Of a stretch of 64,000 nt of DNA, positions 63,201 to 64,000 are shown one piece after another. The first letter of the stretch is position 1. Every line of letters starts with the position of its first letter. The stretch is taken from the IMG/VR virus record IMGVR_UViG_3300037467_002055, positions 1 through 64,000 of that record. One strand, 5' to 3'. The translations under genes and the position numbers were made by a program. The notes beneath the pieces are model-generated. The model worked only from the letters and a program-made list of their open reading frames with translations, had not been told where the DNA came from and made no database searches. This stretch comes from a virus. Taxonomy: Duplodnaviria; Caudoviricetes.

Positions 63201-64000
63201 CGGCCGCCGACGCCACGCTGCCGTAGCGCGCGGCGGCGTCACCGCCCATCTCGCCGTAGATCTGCGCCTGCGCCGCCGTGCGTACCTGCGACGCCGGGCT
63301 GGCGCTCAGGTACCGGGCGTTGAGTGCGCGCTGGCGATCCGTGCTCTGCTCGGCGGCCACCGCTTCACGCATCTGCGCGGCGATCTGCTGTCCGATGGTG
63401 CGCACCTCTGCCTCGGATGGGAGGCCCAGCAGCGTGCGTGCGTCGATCGTCGACGCGCTGCGCGCGCGCAGGCCCTCTTGGGTGACCGCTTCGCGCATCT
63501 GCGCAGCGATCTGCTGGCCGGCGGCGCGCGCCTCGGCCTGCGAAGGCAGGCCGAGCAGCGTGCGCGGGTCGACCGGCGTGGCGCTGCGCGCGCGCAGGCT
63601 CTCCTGCTCCACTGCGGTGCGCATGCCGACGGCAAGTTGGGTCGCGAAGCCTCGCATCTCTGCCTCGGCTGGCAGACCGAGCAGTGCGCGCGGATCGACC
63701 GACGGCGTGACCTTCTCGGCCTCGACGCCGGCCCGGATCTGGGCGGCGATCTGGCGGCCGGCCGCGCGCGCGGCGTCTTCGCTCGGCAGGCCGAGGATCG
63801 TGCGCGCGTCGACCGGGGAGGCGGACTTGACACGCAGCGCAGCGATCTCGGCCTCGGTCGGCGCCGCCATCGGCTTGTACGCGGTCTCGTATAGTGATTT
63901 GGCGTTGGCCTGGAACTGCTTGAGCTTTTCGATTTGGCCGTCGAGGGACTGGGCCGTGGCTGCAGCCAGCTCGCCGTAGCGCGCGGTTACCGCCTCGACC
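57295..64000 (-). CDS. tail tape measure protein (5' end outside window)
   Basis: >2200 aa Ala-rich; TP901-type core (LAQAGL..LP.V..LA..D.L..V...AN.SV..L...M); frame stays open to the window edge. Confidence 0.9.
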   Translation of the reverse strand, partial: VEAVTARYGELAAATAQSLDGQIEKLKQFQANAKSLYETAYKPMAAPTEAEIAALRVKSASPVDARTILGLPSEDAARAAGRQIAAQIRAGVEAEKVTPSVDPRALLGLPAEAEMRGFATQLAVGMRTAVEQESLRARSATPVDPRTLLGLPSQAEARAAGQQIAAQMREAVTQEGLRARSASTIDARTLLGLPSEAEVRTIGQQIAAQMREAVAAEQSTDRQRALNARYLSASPASQVRTAAQAQIYGEMGGDAAARYGSVASAADALAAAEARLAAASRGAAAAEAELAGTARGAATAQLELNDVMRQAEGAFRGAAHQAGIYGLHHGQLIALLAGGAVAAALHHIAETGAEVEFQLKSLNALSGDMTPIDINKFIGISAGTMTDLKDAAEGVHALAQAGLSQAEVFRALPDVMRLAQLGEMHVAEAAEMAVESMHAFGLTSADIGRVGDTLVAVGSQANVSVHKLAEDMKSAAVTGQLFNLKMEEITATVGALAERGLTIQPLSSALNKLYEPSAKTAKAMQEMGLSVRDASGQFKPYTQFIHELSDKVNEFKEAGDPLKMLGMTPQSIKAMEVMTQHVENYDHLLHVAQDSANKMFEATAAKADTVEGAWKQLGSTFQGVLANAFEDAKPTIRQIEEDLQGLARSGDVQAFFSGLAIGVANVTRALIEGRGTIESMVLGYAALKVAPPILEAVASATVFLFGRTTAATAAIAAEGTAATVATGQLELFATSETAAAAGAAEVAATATTAEVVLGGFAAATRTALSVLAPLGLALAAVSIGYELFRGASSKAQQDHDRMNTSIDSTITSLEQELNHLNDLQVQLEKTGRIGAESAYQVQLAFAQMEEANAKARLDAATEAAKGPRKLAAGDDGTLTQFESNESGADLVAAKAAYAAAQTRAQKLVQLHDAVAQGREAVQIGNDISKLEEKIKSLPHELEGLAAANPKKADSLREQVDALGKLVVTKTNYNEALQQEKDLEAAINSGKRDAPKIGDSDDARTSIELLQEQLRLKQMQAKSDIEDAKSANKRGELGDLQLINRELEIKLDLDRKGVEVARAQLAAAGPLKGAQRQKYANAITTAEAQIGIDQNAADRAKQDALDKMSDLELKARAKSMESQGHLEDAFLLQWEAKNRATLDNLSSDIADAQNSDYRDALVRYKQYLEQQRALGANDARFNEAKNAFGATHAELSTRLSSARLQAGPGSGLFSVLSSQMEAQQAYADMIPQMQAAQAKLAPTSSIMRGGDMQKIKEAQNELRVIQEQMAAMRNLGVDMGNAIARALSDAFGKGGQALGGMIVAATAYDAKMKDIKATLADSGKTDADRQKAADDIAAAQIKGYGDMAGAAKGFFDTNSKGYKVLSAAEKAFRILEITQSAEAMAKKIIFKEAEVAATVTGDATKSASGVAAAAVDVVNAGVSAAAWGVTAVARAIASMPFPLNLAAGAATLAALVAVGVNMVGGFGGGGGSQSEAEKQQANQTGTVLGDPDKQSESIAKSLDAVKQNTYNNLPIAQGMLTALQSIEGNITSFVSLLFRDSNVTGSGTPLNTNNGLGRTLAGGGLTVLGGVAAGPLGMLAAKVPFVDNLINKVGNTIFGGKQTLTSQGFTMGKTSLSAAESLGVNAMSYADIHTDGGWFSHSKNETKTSSLGAEANLQISKVLTGLDDTITSAAGMMGMSGAAFKNRLNSFVVDIGKIDLKGLSSSDAQAKINAAFSKLGDQMAQFAVGGLEQFQQAGEGYLQTLTRVAVDYATVDTVFKSLGTTYAQVGTSSIAAREHLIELAGGLDKFTSQASWFFQNMLTQGQQTAATRAEIDPILAKYGLSTEGKDAVQKFTQATIAFGAMGDAGAQAYTDLMNVAQAFKSVTDVATDLQNQLDDLTMTQAEKDAAARAKLDPQNQLLFDQVQKAKTVAQAKTDLASAYQTESQAMQSAIDRLKTFSTSLRSFVVTLQTGNLSLLNPADKYGAAMAQFDSTLAKARAGDTTAQGNLQSAAQAFLQASKDANASNSTYQSDFNRVTSAMSSMADLAETQADTSQSSLNALYAQVTQLTDINAGVNSVAEGINNLMIAMTGGQSSTVNGQAITSLYQELLGHAPDDVMLKLWNIEIKSGEANLASIADQIKHTAEYANYQNSKGAVSSPLPSTQYGTATVPTTPTTTDLYSGLPAANSAFLERLLTSFKSEFTSLRTDLQQQSATQVAATLKAASDNADEVSGAVSTATQTAAWAAQNTANLR
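63345..63837 (-). repeat. four ~42-aa repeats in tape measure
   Basis: VD.RTLLGLP.EAE.R..G.QIAAQMR.AV; 126-bp period at 63368/63494. Confidence 0.85.

Overview
This window is a 64-kb segment of a GC-rich tailed dsDNA phage with a long non-contractile (siphovirus-type) tail. The host is probably a betaproteobacterium; that is an inference, not shown by the sequence. Four blocks are visible. (1) 1-17.4 kb, + strand: about 55 small, tightly overlapping early ORFs, mostly of unknown function. (2) 17.4-20.8 kb, - strand: a six-gene operon of fibre/virion-like proteins with its own promoter, far from the tail module. (3) 20.9-45.9 kb, + strand: replication, recombination and nucleotide metabolism (RdgC, C5 methyltransferase, deaminase, SF2 helicase, primase-helicase, probable SSB, DEDDh exonuclease, MazG-like protein, dNMP kinase, TraR/DksA, full-length PolA, ATP ligase, ThyA, resolvase-like nuclease, SbcCD-like pair). 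(4) 45.9-64 kb, - strand: metallophosphoesterase, lysis cassette, tail proteins and a tape measure gene running off the window edge. Seven HNH endonuclease genes are scattered through the window. The most notable signals are RNA-level and overlapping-frame features: a ~145-nt multi-stem switch-like leader with a perfect 21-bp helix over the RBS of one HNH gene; RBS-occluding hairpins on the two sister HNH genes; a T2/T4 gene-32-like H-type pseudoknot in front of the probable SSB; a methyltransferase whose motif IX and TRD-like repeats sit in an overlapping frame; short synonymous 'recoded' patches over catalytic motifs; and an isolated IS5-type transposase N-terminal domain among the early genes. 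Family assignments come from motif recognition by eye; no searches or folding programs were run. I found no tRNA, rRNA, CRISPR array, integrase or reverse transcriptase.
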